64,000 nt of DNA from Prorocentrum cordatum (GCA_963575745.1 CAUYUJ010000306.1:1-64000); one strand, 5' to 3'; shown: positions 41,904 to 54,701, numbered from the stretch's first letter. Made by a program: numbers and translations. Notes: a model not told the origin generated them from the sequence alone.

Positions 41904-43425
41904 GTGGAAACGCTTGGGAGCGCCCGGGATCGCCTGGGAGCAGACCGCCGGCGCGCCTAAGTACGGAGCGCGTGTGTCGCCGAAGGTGTTTTGCGTGCGC
42001 GCGCTCTGTCGTGGCAGTTTTTGCGGGTCGACCCCGCGCGACGGGCAGCTCCCGCGCAAACCCGTTTGCGCAGCACCGGCCCGTCCGAGGCAACACCGAC
42101 AACAGCAAGGGGCGGGGGTCGCAAACTCATCTCTGGGCCGCCTGGAGCCCGAAACCCAAGGGAATAGGACAACGCGGGTGGTCTAGGAAGCTCTTACAGG
42201 CTGGGGAGCACCCGGGAAGGCTCAGTGGAGGTGCTTGCGAGAAGAAGCCTACCAGGAGCACCCCAGCCCCCAGGAGCTCCCCAGGAGCTCTCCAGAGCTC
42301 CCCAGGAGCCTTCAGCGCACCTGGGGCGCGCCTGGGAGCGCCTGGGAGCGCCTTGGAGCGCTGCAGGAACGCTTGGGAGCGCCTGGGGGCGCTTCTGGAG
42401 CGCATGGGAGCGCTTGGGAACGCTTCGGAGCGCCTGGGAGCGCCTGGGATCGCCTGGGAGCGCCTGGGAGCGCCTCGGAGCGCTTCTGGAGCGCCTGGGA
42501 GCGCCTCTCCCAGCTGCCGCCGCTCGCAAGCGCTCCCAGGCGCTCCCAGGCGCTCCCAGCTCCCACGCGCCCCCAGGCGCTCCCACGCGATCCCAAGCGC
42601 ACCCTAGCGTTCTCAAGCGCCCCCAAGCGCGTCCAAGCGCACCCAGGCGCTCCCAAGCGCTCCCAAGCGCTCCCACGCTTGCGAGGGGGCGCCAAGCCCG
42701 CCCCCTCGCGCTCCCCCTCCGCGCCGGCGCTCCCAAGCGCTCCCAGGCGCTCCCAAGCGCTCCGGGGCGCTCCCTGGCGCCCGGGGGCGTTCCCCGGCGC
42801 TCCCAAGCTCCAGGCGTTCCCAAGCGCTCCCAAGCGCTTCCAGGCGCTCCCAAGCGCTCCCAAGCGCTCCCACGCGGTCCCAGACGCTCCCAAGCGCTCC
42901 CAAGCGTTCCCAGGCGTTGCCAAGCGCTTTCAAGCGCTCCCAGGCGCTGCCAAGCGCTCCCAAGCGCCCCCAAGCGCTCCCAGGCGGTGCCAAGCGCTCC
43001 CAGGCGCCCCCAAGCGCGCCCAAGCGCCCCCAAGAAGCGCTCCCAGGCGCTCCCATGCGCTCCCAGGCGCTGCCAAGCGCTGCCAAGCGCTGCCAAGCGC
43101 TCCCAAGCGCTCCAAGCGTTCCCAAGCGCTCCCAAGCGCTCCCAGGCGCTCCCAAGCGCCCCCAACGCTCCCAGGCGTTCCCTGGCGCCCCCAGGCGTTT
43201 CCAAACGCTCCCAAGCGCGCCCAGGCGCTCCCAGGCGCTCCCAAGCGCTCCAAGGAGCTCCCAGGCGCTTCCAGGCGCTGCTGCCCACTCAGCCCGGCGA
43301 AGGGCACCAGAGAAGTCCGTAGCGCACAATGGAATGCGAGGGGGCGCCAGACCCGCCCCCTCGCGTTCCCCCACCCGCCAAATCTTCGAGGGTGCCATGT
43401 GTGAGCTCCAGCCAAGATGCGCTCC

Positions 43426-43493
<68 letters not shown>

Positions 43494-43730
43494 CAGTTAG
43501 CCCCCCCATGCGAAGGGGGGCGAAGGGGGGTAGATTGACAGCTGGTTGACGCCCGAAGATGATCCGCCACGAAGACCTTCCCCCCATGAGAAGGGGGGAG
43601 AGAGGGGGGTAGAAGAACCCTAAACCCTAAAGGGGTACTTTTGGGTGGGGGGTGGGAACGGGAACGAATAGCAGCCGACCCCCCCAACCTCTCGAAGGAG
43701 GGGGGGTCGAGCTGCTTCCGCCCAGCGAGG
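40346..43730 (+). mobile_element. Telomere-repeat-flanked module B2
   Basis: Same termini as B1 (ctgatgcgcgacccctcgacgggtcgcgca... and ...gctgcttccgcccagcgagg) with a different interior. Confidence 0.8.
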
Positions 43731-43828
43731 CCCTAAACCCTAAACCCTAAACCCTAAACCCTAAACCCTAAACCTTAAACCCTAAACCCTAAACCCTAAA
43801 CCCTAAACCCTAAACCCTAAACCCTAAA
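43731..43828 (+). repeat. (CCCTAAA)14 tract with one CCTTAAA variant
   Basis: Direct reading. Confidence 0.95.
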
Positions 43829-44931
43829 TTCCCCAGCACCTCGTTGTGCTTCTGCCCACCCCACCGCGCATCACCGTCGCCGTCTACGAGAGACAGGGCA
43901 TCTCTGAGATGCTTGAGCATGTAGCCCGAGTGGTTCGCCTTGGCAGCTTTTGCTGCTGCCCTCCCCTTCTTTTGGGGATTCGCGCTTCAATGATAAACCT
44001 CCCCTGATCCTCAACGAATATAACACCCTAAACCCAAAGACCTTTTCCTCGAAGCGCCCGGGGGCGCCTGGGGGCGCTTGCCCAAAACTCCATTCCCGGG
44101 CCACATTTTGGATGCCCGGAGCCAACTGTAGGCCACTTCGTGCTCTTCGATTTCCCAAAACTCCATTCCCGGGCCACATTTTGGATGCCCGGAGCCAACT
44201 GTAGGCCACTTCGTGCTCTTCGATTTCCCAGAACTCCATTCCCGGGCCACATTTTGGATGCCCGGAGCCACCTGTAGGCCACTTCGTGCTCTTCGACTTC
44301 CCAGAACTCCATTCCCGGGCCACATTTTGAATGCCCGGAGCAAACTGTAGGCCACTTCGTGGTCTTTGATTTCCCAGAACTCCATTCCCGGGCCACATTT
44401 TGAATGCCCGGAGCCAACTGTAGGCCACTTCGTGGTTTTCCATTTGCCTGGGGCTAGCGTTGCGTCAACCTTGCCGGCCGGCCGGCCGGCTGACGCACGC
44501 GACGCGCTGCCTGGTGCGTCGCATCGAGGGGGCGCCAGGCCCGCCCCCTCGAGCTCCCCCTCCCACCATCCGAGACAAAGCGCTGCGCGTGCGCCACCGC
44601 GCAGAATCGTTCCTGCGAGAATCGGAAAAGGTCGCCCGGTCGGGCGTCCCCCAACGCGCGAACGAACCCCGGAGACTCTAGGACGACGTGGTGTCAGCGC
44701 GGGAACCTCGCGCGCGCGCGAGCCGCGGAGCGTCCGGCGAGCTGGTCCCCTTTGTCGTGGCCCACCATGATCGCTTCTGAGATTCAGGCATCTGCGTAAG
44801 TTTACTTCAATCGCCATATGCGCTCGCCAGCGCGCCTGGGCATCGAAAAAAAGCGCGCAGGCGCGGTTCTGGCGTCGCCAGCGTAACATGGGCCCCAAGG
44901 TACGACACCTCGTTGGCCGGCAAACCGCTGC

Positions 44932-44975
<44 letters not shown>

Positions 44976-45457
44976 CCGGGAGCGCCTGGGAGCGTGCCGG
45001 GAGCGCTTGGGAGCGCTTGGGAGCGCCAAGGAGCGCTTGGATGCGTCTGGGAGCGCCCGGGAGCGCTTGGGAATGCGCCGGGAGCGCCCGGGAGCGCCTG
45101 GGAACGCTTGGGAGCGCCTTGGGATTGCCAGGGAGCGCTTCGGAACGCGCCGGGAGCGCTTGGCAGCGCCGGGGAGCGCATGGGAGCGCTTGACTGAGAG
45201 CGCCTGGGAGCGCTTGGGAGCGCCTGGGAGCGCCTGGGAGCGCTTGAAACGCATTTGGGAATTTAGGGGCCAACGGCCCTAAACCCTAAAAGGCTTTAGT
45301 TTGGGAGGTTGCCGGCCATGCGGCCGGGGGTGGGAAGATGTTGCGCCTCCTGCCCCCTTCGTCAAGCTTGCTCGGGTCGGCTAACCGCCCCCCCAATCAA
45401 GCTTGCCGAAGGGGGGGCAGCATTGCCTGGACTGTCGGCCGCTGCGCGCCCGAGAAG
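43829..45457 (+). mobile_element. Telomere-repeat-flanked module C1 (contains five 73-bp units and a 10-bp array)
   Basis: First ~230 bp and last ~210 bp nearly identical to module C2; 73-bp period at 44101, 44174, 44247, 44320 and 44393. Confidence 0.8.
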
Positions 45458-45685
45458 CCCTAAACCCTAAACCCTAAACCCTAAACCCTAAACCCTAAAC
45501 CCTAAACCCTAAACCCACCCTAAACCCTAAACCCTAAACCCTAAACCCTAAACCCTAAACCCTAAACCCTAAACCCTAAACCCTAAACCCTAAACCCTAA
45601 ACCCTAAACCCTAAACCCTAAACCCTAAACCCTAAACCCTAAACCCTAAACCCTAAACCCTAAACCCTAAACCCTAAACCCTAAA
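45458..45685 (+). repeat. (CCCTAAA)n tract, ~32 units with one interruption
   Basis: Direct reading. Confidence 0.95.
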
Positions 45686-48600
45686 CTGCAAGCCACGGGC
45701 GGTGCATCGTCAGAAGCCCGTGGCGCCTGGCCGAGCGATCAGCGAGTCCGCCCATGCGCGCACGCCGCACCGACGAAGCGCGTAGCGCTGAGGAGGATGC
45801 GCTCCCCCGCGGGGATGCCTCGTGAGTTCTGAGAGATGAATAGAACCCTTAACCCTAGGCCCAGCCAATGGCTTCGCTGCGGTCGGTCCCATCTCCTGGG
45901 GCTCCAAACCTATGAAAATACAGCATGCGGCGCTCTTTTGGCCGTCCGTGGGGCCGCAAACCATATGAAAATACAGTATGCGGCGTCCTTTCGGCTGGCG
46001 CACGTCCCAGGCGCTCCCAAGCGCTCCCAGGCGCTCCCAAGCGCTCCTGGGCGCTCCCCAGGGCTCCCAGGCGCTCCCAAGCGCTCCCAAGCGCTCCCAG
46101 GCGCTTCCAGGCGCTCCCAAGCGTTCCCAAGCGCTCCCCAGCGCTCCCAAGCGTTCCCAGGCGCTCCCAAGCGCTCCCCGGTGCTTTCGGCACGCTCCAA
46201 GGCGCTCCCAATGCACCCAGGCGCATGGCGCTCCCAGGCGCTCTCAAGCGCTCCCGGCAAGCTCCCAGGCGCTCCCCGGCGCTCCCTGGCGCTCCCAAGC
46301 GCTCCCAGGTACTCCGAAGCGCTCCCTGCACGCTCCCAGGCGCTCCCAGCCTGCTCAGGCGCTCCCTCCGCGCTCCCATGCGCTTCCTGGCGCCTCCGAG
46401 CGCTCCAGGGCGCTCCGAAGCACTCCCAGGCGCTCCGGCGCGCTCCCAGGCGCTCCCGGCACGCTCCCAGCACGCTCCCAAGCGCTCCCAGGCGTCCCCA
46501 TGCGCCCCCATGCGCTCCCAAGCTCCCACAGGTGCTCCCAAGAGCTCCCTGGCGCTCCCAAGCGCGCTTAAGCAGTCCAAGCGGTCCCATGGCGCTCCCA
46601 AGCGTTCCATGCATTCGCAAGCACTCGGCAGCGCTTCCTGAAGGCGCTTCCCGGCGCTTCCCCGCAATGCAGGTGCTGCCGCAGCCATGCGCGCGCATCG
46701 TAGCGAGGGGGTGCCAGACCCACCCCCTCGCGCTCCCTCTCCAGCCATGCGACATTCGCGCCGATGGCGGCTGCGTCGACATTGCACTCGCTTCAGCGGG
46801 GGTGACGCCAACGGTCCTGCCCAATGGACAACCCACGGCCCGCGCTCGCGGTGCACTCTGCGTGTCCTGTCACGCTTCCAGACGCTCCCACGTGCTTCCA
46901 TCCTGGGGAAACCTCGACGCGCTCTCTCAGCGCTCCCAGAAAGCTCTCCCAAGGTATTCCAAGAACTCTGTCATGGAGGTGCTGCAGCAGCCATGCACGC
47001 GCATCGTAGCGAGGGGGTGCCACACCCACCCCCTCGCGCTCCCCATTCCAGCCACGCGAAATTCGCGCCGAGGGCGGCAGCGGCGACAATGCAATCGCTT
47101 CAGCGGGGGTGACGCCAACGGTCAAGCCCAACGGGCAATTCACGGCTCGCGCTCGCGGTGCACTCTGCGTGTCCTGTCGCGCTCCCAGGCGCTCCCACGT
47201 GCTTCCATCCTGGGGAAAGGTCGAGGCGCTCCCCCAGCGCTCCCAGAGAGCTCCCCCAAGGCATTCCAGGGGGTCTGCCATGGACGTGCTGCCGCAGCTA
47301 TGCGCGCGCATCGTAGCGAGGGGGTGCCACACCCACCCCCTCGCGCTCCTCCTCCTGCCTGCTGCCGCAGCCATGCGCGCGCATCGTAGCGAGGGGGTGC
47401 CAGACCCACCCCCTCGCGCTCCCTCTCCAGCCTGCGACATTCGCGCCGAAGGCGGCTGCGTCGACAATGCAATCGCTTCAGCGGGGGCGACGCCAACGGT
47501 CCTGCCCAATGGACAACCCACGGCCCGCACTCGCGGTGCACTCTGCGTGTACTGTCACGCTCCCAGACGCTCCCGCGTGCTTCCATCCTGGGAAACCTCG
47601 AGGCGCTCTCTCAGCGCTCCCAGAAAGCTCCCCCAAGGCATTCCAAGATCTGCCATGGAGGTGCTGCAGCAGCCATGCTCGCGCATCGTAGCGAGGGGGT
47701 GCCACACCCACCGCCCTCGCGCTCCTTTCCAGACATGGGCGTGAAGCGGCCGAAGGCGTCTGCGTCGACATTGCAATCGTCTTTCAGCAGGGGCGAGCCA
47801 AACGGGTCTTGCCAGGGGAATTCACGGTCGCGCTCCGGTTTCATTTGCGTGTCTGTCGCGCTCCCAGACGCTCCACGTGCTCCACGTTGGGGAAAGGTCG
47901 AGGCGGCCCCAGCGCTCCAGCGGAGCATCCCCCAAGCATTCAGGGGGTCGCTGCCATAGGACGTGCTGCGCCGCATGCGCGCGGCATGCATTCGAGGTGG
48001 TGCCAGACCCACCCCCTCGCGCTCCTCCTCCCCCTTCCGAAGCCCGCGTCGACAGCGTCTGCGTCGATGATTGCAATCGCTTCTGCGGGGGCGACCTCAA
48101 AGCAAAACCCAAAGCCGCGGGCGAAAACACTGCCGTGCGCGTCGCCGTCAGCGAGGAGCCCGACGGCGCGGCTACTCGCTCGAGGCCATCGGGGGCCCAT
48201 GGGGTTGCCGCGCCAGCGCCCTCGCAGCGCTGCTTTCCAACGCCGAAGCACATGCGGACCCCTGTGGATGTGCTGCGCCAGCGGCAGCCGTCTACGACGG
48301 CGGCTGCAAGGGCAGCCAGTCCAACGGCAAAAGCCAATGCAGGAGGCCAGCTGGAACCAGGGGCAATGCTGCGTCTGCGACAGGCCAACGCCGTAACTCA
48401 AAACCTCATGCGGCGACGCCTGGCCTTGAGGCCTCTCCTGTGCCTTCTGATTGCAATGAACACCCGCAGGAGAAGAATCCGTCCTTCGGCAAAGCCATGC
48501 GCCAACTGGGAGCCAGCCGAATGCAGCTAAACCCACGGCAAAGGTTGTTGGCCATGCGACGACGCTGGCTCTTGCGCCTGCGCAAAGCGCTCTGCGCGCG

Positions 48601-48845
48601 TACCAAGAACGCAATGCCAAAACCGCGTCGTCGTGCTCCCCGCGGAATATTCGCATTCGCACACAACACGAAAGCCCCCCTTGATAGGGGGGTTGGGGGG
48701 AGAAGCCCTAAACCCTAAAGGGCTTTACTGTGGGTGGTCTGGGGCGGGAGTGCAAGTTCATAGCGCGCGCGGCTTGGGCAGCGACCCCCCCCAACAACCT
48801 TGATGTGGGGGGATCGCAGCCAGCGCGCGCATGCGCCAATGCAGG
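45686..48845 (+). mobile_element. Telomere-repeat-flanked module D (10-bp array plus ~300-bp internal repeats)
   Basis: Starts CTG; 5' hairpin gccacgggc/gcccgtggc; ~300-bp repeats at 46680-48100; 3' structured end with dimer at 48706. Confidence 0.7.
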
Positions 48846-48908
48846 CCCTAAACCCTAAACCCTAAACCCTAAACCCTAAACCCTAAACCCTAAACCCTAA
48901 ACCCTAAA
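48846..48908 (+). repeat. (CCCTAAA)9 tract
   Basis: Direct reading. Confidence 0.95.
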
Positions 48909-49253
48909 TTCCCAAGCACCTCGTTGTGCTTCTGCCCACCCCACCGCGCATCACCGTCGCCGTCTACGACAGACAGGGCATCTCTGAGATGCTTGAGCAT
49001 GTATCCCGAGTGGTTCGCCTTGGCAGCTTTTGCTGCTGCCCTCCACCTCTTTTGGGGATTTCGCGCTACAATGATAAAACCTCCCCTGATCCTAATGACT
49101 ATCCACCCTAAACCAAAGACCTTTTCCTCGAAGCGCCCCCTGGGGGGCCTGGGGGCGCCTCGGGGGCGCCCTTGGGAACGCTTGGGAGCGCCTGGGAGGC
49201 TGGAGAGCCGCCAGGGAGCGCACTGGGGCCGCCTGGGGGAGCGCCTGGTGAGT

Positions 49254-49292
<39 letters not shown>

Positions 49293-49527
49293 ACGCCCTG
49301 GAACGCCTGGAAGCGCCTGGGAGCGCCTGGGGGCGCCAGGGGGCGCCTGGGAGCGTCTGGGAGCGCTTGGGGGCGCTTGGGGGCGCCTCGGAGCGCCTGG
49401 AAGCGTGCCGGGAGCGCCTGGGAGCGCTTGGGAGCGCCGGGGAGCGCCTGGAAGCGTCTGGGAGCGCGTGGGAGCGCTTCCTGGGAACGCGCCGGGAGCG
49501 CCTGGGAGCGCCTGGGAGCGCCTAGGT

Positions 49528-49561
<34 letters not shown>

Positions 49562-49805
49562 TTGGGATTGCCAGGGAGCGCCTGGGAGCGCTTGGGAGGC
49601 ATTTGGGAATTTAGGGGCCAACGGCCCTAAACCCTAAAAGGCTTTAGTTTGGGAGGTTGCCGGCCATGCGGCCGGGGGTGGGAAGATGTTGCACCTCCTG
49701 CCCCCTTCGCCAAGCTTGATCGGGTCGGCTAAACGCCCCCCCAATCAAGCTTGCCGAAGGGGGGGCAGCCTTGCCTGGACTGTCGGCCGCTGCGCGCCCG
49801 AGAAG
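48909..49805 (+). mobile_element. Telomere-repeat-flanked module C2 (minimal 0.9-kb form)
   Basis: Same termini as C1; interior is only ~450 bp of 10-bp repeats. Confidence 0.8.
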
Positions 49806-49938
49806 CCCTAAACCCTAAACCCTAAACCCTAAACCCTAAACCCTAAACCCTAAACCCTAAACCCTAAACCCTAAACCCTAAACCCTAAACCCTAAACCCT
49901 AAGCCCTAACCCCTAACCCTAACCCTAAACCCTAAACC
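49806..49938 (+). repeat. (CCCTAAA)n tract grading into degenerate units
   Basis: 13 perfect units, then ccctaag, ccctaac and ccctaa variants. Confidence 0.95.
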
Positions 49939-50043
49939 TCGCTCGCCTCGCGCGCACCGGACCCCTGCGGAAAGGGGGGGAGGGGGGGGTTCCTTGGAGC
50001 ACACCCCCCCTTTTGTGTCTTCCAGGTGATCCACTGGCGCTCT

Positions 50044-50835
<792 letters not shown>

Positions 50836-51411
50836 ACTTTCTTCCCCCGCCTATGTTCAGCGGGGCGAAAACAGAAGGACGGTTGCAGGGGTGCCGACAG
50901 GGGCGGCGCCGCAGCTGCGCTAGCCTCCAGGACTGCAGGGGCACAACGAGGGCAGGGCAGGTATGAAGGGGCCCAGGGACACGCAAATAAACAGACACAA
51001 AGAACAGGATTCCCCACATTTTCCCACATCTTCTGGGTCTTCGTCCTCCCCCCCACTTCCCATATTTCCCCGTATTTTCCTGGGAGTCCACGATGAATGT
51101 TGTCTGTGTGTTCCTTCCCCTCCTGAAAAGAAGGACGCAGCATAGGGAGAAGAGGATCCTTTGGATCCTTTGGATACGGGGACACAGTCCCCCCCTTCTC
51201 TTACAGAACTTTCGGGTGCGGGGGCCATCCAGACCTTTTGCGGGTCCGTGCAGAGGGGGCGACAGCCCCTGCGCGGCACCCCGACAGGCCCCCGCACCCC
51301 GACAAAAAGTGCTTGCACTGCGCCTCCACGGCGCCGACCCGAAGCAGCCCCAGGGAGCGCGGTTATCTTCGTTCCCACGCGCAGCCCCGAGGGCAAGGGG
51401 TCCACAAGCGC

Positions 51412-52689
51412 TCAAGCGTCGGCCCCGCGCACGCGGTGCCGCTGCTTCAGGGCCTTCCAGTGCTCGTCGTCGTCCGATTCGTCGCGCTCCCACGGCGGGA
51501 CGGGCTCGTCCTTCCTCTCGTCGTGGGCCTCGACGTCCTGCTTCTCGGAATCGGTCTTGATCTTCTGGGCGGCGACATCCGAGAGGCTCACCGTGTTGCT
51601 CTCGCCGTCGCCCTTCTGGTGCTCCTGCTCCAGCTTCCGCCCGAGCTTCATCATGATGGGGTTGACGATGCCCTCCAGCTCGTGGTGCTTACGCTCGAGC
51701 TCCTGCTTGCTGTCGGCCGCAGACTTCCCATCGGCCTGGTCCTCCAGCCAATCGAGGGTGTTGTCGATCGCCTTCCCGATCTTCTCCTTGTCTTCATCCT
51801 TGAACTTGTCCCTGGCCTCCGCCTCCAGGAAGGTGTTGTGCAACGTGCAGCAGTAGTCCAGGAGGCCGTTCCGCGCCTGCTTCGCCATCTCGTCGGCCTG
51901 CTTCGACACCTGCCCGTCCATGGCCTCCGTGAGCTGCACCTTGCGCTCGGCCTGCATATTGAGGTTCTCATTTTTCTCCTTGTCCTTGTCCTTGTCCTTG
52001 CCCTCGAAGGTCTGGAACTGCTCCTGCTTGGCGTACGGCGCCACGCTTGCAACCTGGAGCGTGTCGCCCAGGATGCCGACGCCCTGCAGCTCCTCGTTTA
52101 CCTTCTTGATGTCCTTCTGGCTCCTCATCAGGTCCTGCACGGTCAGCTGCAGCTTCTCGACTTGTCCTTGCAGCTCATGGAGATGCTGCTTCGCCGCCTC
52201 GGAGTCCTTCTGGATCCGCTCCTTGCAGCTCTTCCCGTGATCCTTCGTCGAGTCCTCCTCGTATGCCTCCTCCGAGAGCTTACCGTCCTGGTCGCCCTCC
52301 GTCTCCGAGCCGTCCGAGAGGAACAGGTCGACATCTCCAGGGAGGCCCACATCCAAGTGCGCTGAGGAGTTCCTGATCTTGCTCACGCGTCCCAGGCGAG
52401 AGGCGAGCGCCTGGCCGCCGCGGGCGCGCAGGAACTCCTTCGCCTTCGAGAGCGAGGGTTTCGATGCCAGGCCCAGGCCACGCTGGACAGCCACCAACAC
52501 TTCTTCCTGGAGGACGAGCGAGATGCCTGCGCCCTCTACGTCTTTCTTCCCGCAGCCGCCGAAGGCCGTGCCGCGAGCCACCGCGGTCAACAAGAAGGCC
52601 GACTGCCTGGCCGAGCATCCGGAGGCGAGGATCGCCATCGCGGCCCCGAACGCAGCCTGCGCAGCCGGGGAGGCCGCCAGGGCCTCCAT
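51412..52689 (-). CDS. 425-aa chimeric protein: N-terminal helical region with RNSSAH motif, coiled coil, and Hsp70 C-terminal lid fragment
   Basis: First ATG 52 nt after the SL. ARNGLLDYCCTLHNTFLEAEARDKFKDEDKEKIGKAIDNTLDWLE...ELEGIVNPIMMKL resembles the cytosolic Hsp70 lid; no ATPase domain and no EEVD. Confidence 0.7.
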   Translation of the reverse strand: MEALAASPAAQAAFGAAMAILASGCSARQSAFLLTAVARGTAFGGCGKKDVEGAGISLVLQEEVLVAVQRGLGLASKPSLSKAKEFLRARGGQALASRLGRVSKIRNSSAHLDVGLPGDVDLFLSDGSETEGDQDGKLSEEAYEEDSTKDHGKSCKERIQKDSEAAKQHLHELQGQVEKLQLTVQDLMRSQKDIKKVNEELQGVGILGDTLQVASVAPYAKQEQFQTFEGKDKDKDKEKNENLNMQAERKVQLTEAMDGQVSKQADEMAKQARNGLLDYCCTLHNTFLEAEARDKFKDEDKEKIGKAIDNTLDWLEDQADGKSAADSKQELERKHHELEGIVNPIMMKLGRKLEQEHQKGDGESNTVSLSDVAAQKIKTDSEKQDVEAHDERKDEPVPPWERDESDDDEHWKALKQRHRVRGADA

Positions 52690-52740
52690 CGCTCCGCCCC
52701 GCCGCCGGCGAGGGACACGCGGCCAGCTCCTGCCCAATGG

Positions 52741-52762
52741 CTTGAGCCAAAATGGCTACGGA
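52741..52762 (-). other. Dinoflagellate spliced leader (DinoSL), perfect 22-mer
   Basis: Reverse complement reads TCCGTAGCCATTTTGGCTCAAG, matching DCCGTAGCCATTTTGGCTCAAG; followed by a possible relic ccattgggc. Confidence 0.97.
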
Positions 52763-53199
52763 TATAGGGAGAAGAGGAGACGCAAAGCAGACGGGCGGAG
52801 GAGCGGACGCCGAGACTGGCCATCGGGCGGCGGACGGCGCGCGGCCACGCGGACACGGCTCTCCTCCTCCTCCTCCTCCTCCTCCTCCTCCCTCCTCCCT
52901 CCTCCTCCCTCCTCCTCCCTCCTCCTCCTCCTCCTCCTCCTGCTCCTCCTCCTCCTCCTCCTCCTCCTCCCTCCTCCTCCTCCGCTCCTCCTCCTCCTCC
53001 TCCTCCTCCTCCTCCTCCCTCCTCCTCCTCCTCCTCCCTCCTCCTCCTCCTCCTCCTCCTCATCCTCCTCCTCCTCTTGATCGGCGTCGACTTGGGTTCA
53101 ACAAGCGGTAAGTCAAGGCACGGACAGAGGAGGGACGGACAAACAGACACAGGCACGGACAGAGACGGAGACGCAGGCAGAGGTCAGAGATAAAGAGAC

Positions 53200-54310
53200 T
53201 ACAGGGAAAACATGTTGCCTTCTTCACTTCAACGGCTTGTACCAAAAAACTGCTACAGCACGTCACGCATGCAAATATCATACAACGAAATGCGTTAGAG
53301 TACTGGGCTGTGCAGAAGGCCCCTGAGGGTCCCACCTTTCGCCAACCCTCTTGCTCCGGAGAGCACCATTCGCAGCTCCTGTGCCACACAGAAAACAGAG
53401 CACTGGCAAAAGGTACTGGAGTTATGTGATCCACAGTCGCTCATCTTCTGGCCTCCTTCAGCGGCCTCGCCACAGAGCCATGACGTCGAGAACTGCACCA
53501 CGGCTAAAGCTGAGTTCCACGCCGCAGCAACTTCCCTTTTGTCTCCATTGGGCTCGACGCCGGACCCACCCCCAAGGCATATCGCACTCGATGGCCAAAG
53601 CTTGAAGAAGCACATGATAACAAGGGGTTGGTGATCGTGACGCGCACATTCGGGGTCCAGCTGGTCAGGCCCTCTCCACTGCAACTGCACTCGGAATCAC
53701 GCCTGCTATGTTCTACGGGGGAGGGGGAGGGGCGCAACAGCATATATGTGGCTGGGGTGTAGCAGCATGCCTGTGGCACGGGCGCAAAAACATGCAATCG
53801 TCTTCCGGTTGTTCTGCGGGCTTTGATGTCGCGTCAAGAGATATGTTCCAGAGGCTGTAGTGCAGGAACTCGCGCAGCTTCCCCTCGCCCACACGCGCGT
53901 CACGCATGACACTAACCAAAAACGAAAATAGTATCCCAATTGGGGGACTCCGCTTCACTGGCTTGAAACCAGGTTCACCAGATTGACTGGTGCGGTCCTG
54001 CCGGGCAGGTTTTCCTTTGCCCTATCCCTTGTCCACGGCTCGCTGTAATGACTGCTGGCACCTGTCACGCACAGCTCTGAAACCCTCGTCGTTGTTCAGC
54101 ACATCCCACGTGTTCCAATCCATGTTCGACCATACAAGGTTTAGATCATTGTCAGAGGTACCAGCAACTTATACGGTTTCGACGCCAATCTTCATGGTGA
54201 TTGCGGCGTCGTCAACGTTGATGGAATGTCCGTTGAAGCCCAATTCGCCAATTAATGTTGGATACCAGAGAAGAAGCGTGACGGCATACAAGCATGCAGT
54301 TGCTGATCAG
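53200..54310 (-). pseudogene. Possible highly decayed LINE fragment (ORF1 end and endonuclease remnant)
   Basis: Lower-GC unique island. One stop-interrupted frame reads ...WSNMDWNTWDVLNNDEGFRAVRDRCQQSLQRAVDKG*GKGK, and downstream RHDHQPLV resembles the APE DH motif. Weak evidence. Confidence 0.25.
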
Positions 54311-54660
54311 AGCCAATGGACACAAACACAGACATGAGACAACATGTGCAGTTATGCTATGCAAATACAAAAAGATCCTACAAATATACAAACAAGAACT
54401 ATAACACTCCTCCCCCACCTCATCATCATCCTCATCATCATCATCAGCAGCAGCAGCAGCATCAGCAGCAGCATCAGCATCAGCATCAGCATCATCATCA
54501 TCATCATCAGCATCATCAGCAGCAGCCTCATCATCATCCTGATCAGCCTCATCATCGCCGTCACCATCACCCTCACCATCAGCATCATCATCATCATCAC
54601 CCTCACCATCATCCTCACCATCATCATCATCATCACCATCATCATCAACATCAACATCAA

Positions 54661-54701
<41 letters not shown>

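Larger units (their letters stand above)
51157..52763 (-). mobile_element. Spliced-leader-capped retroposon/retrocopy with a 15-bp TSD
   Basis: TSD atagggagaagagga at 51142-51156 and 52764-52778; full DinoSL at the 5' end; intronless ORF; 3' end is an (ATCCAAAGG)~2.5 tandem repeat. Confidence 0.85.

Noticed and set aside
51640..51876. Functional hsp70 gene
   Set aside because: Only the lid fragment is present, with no nucleotide-binding domain, substrate-binding beta domain or EEVD, so no gene symbol was assigned.
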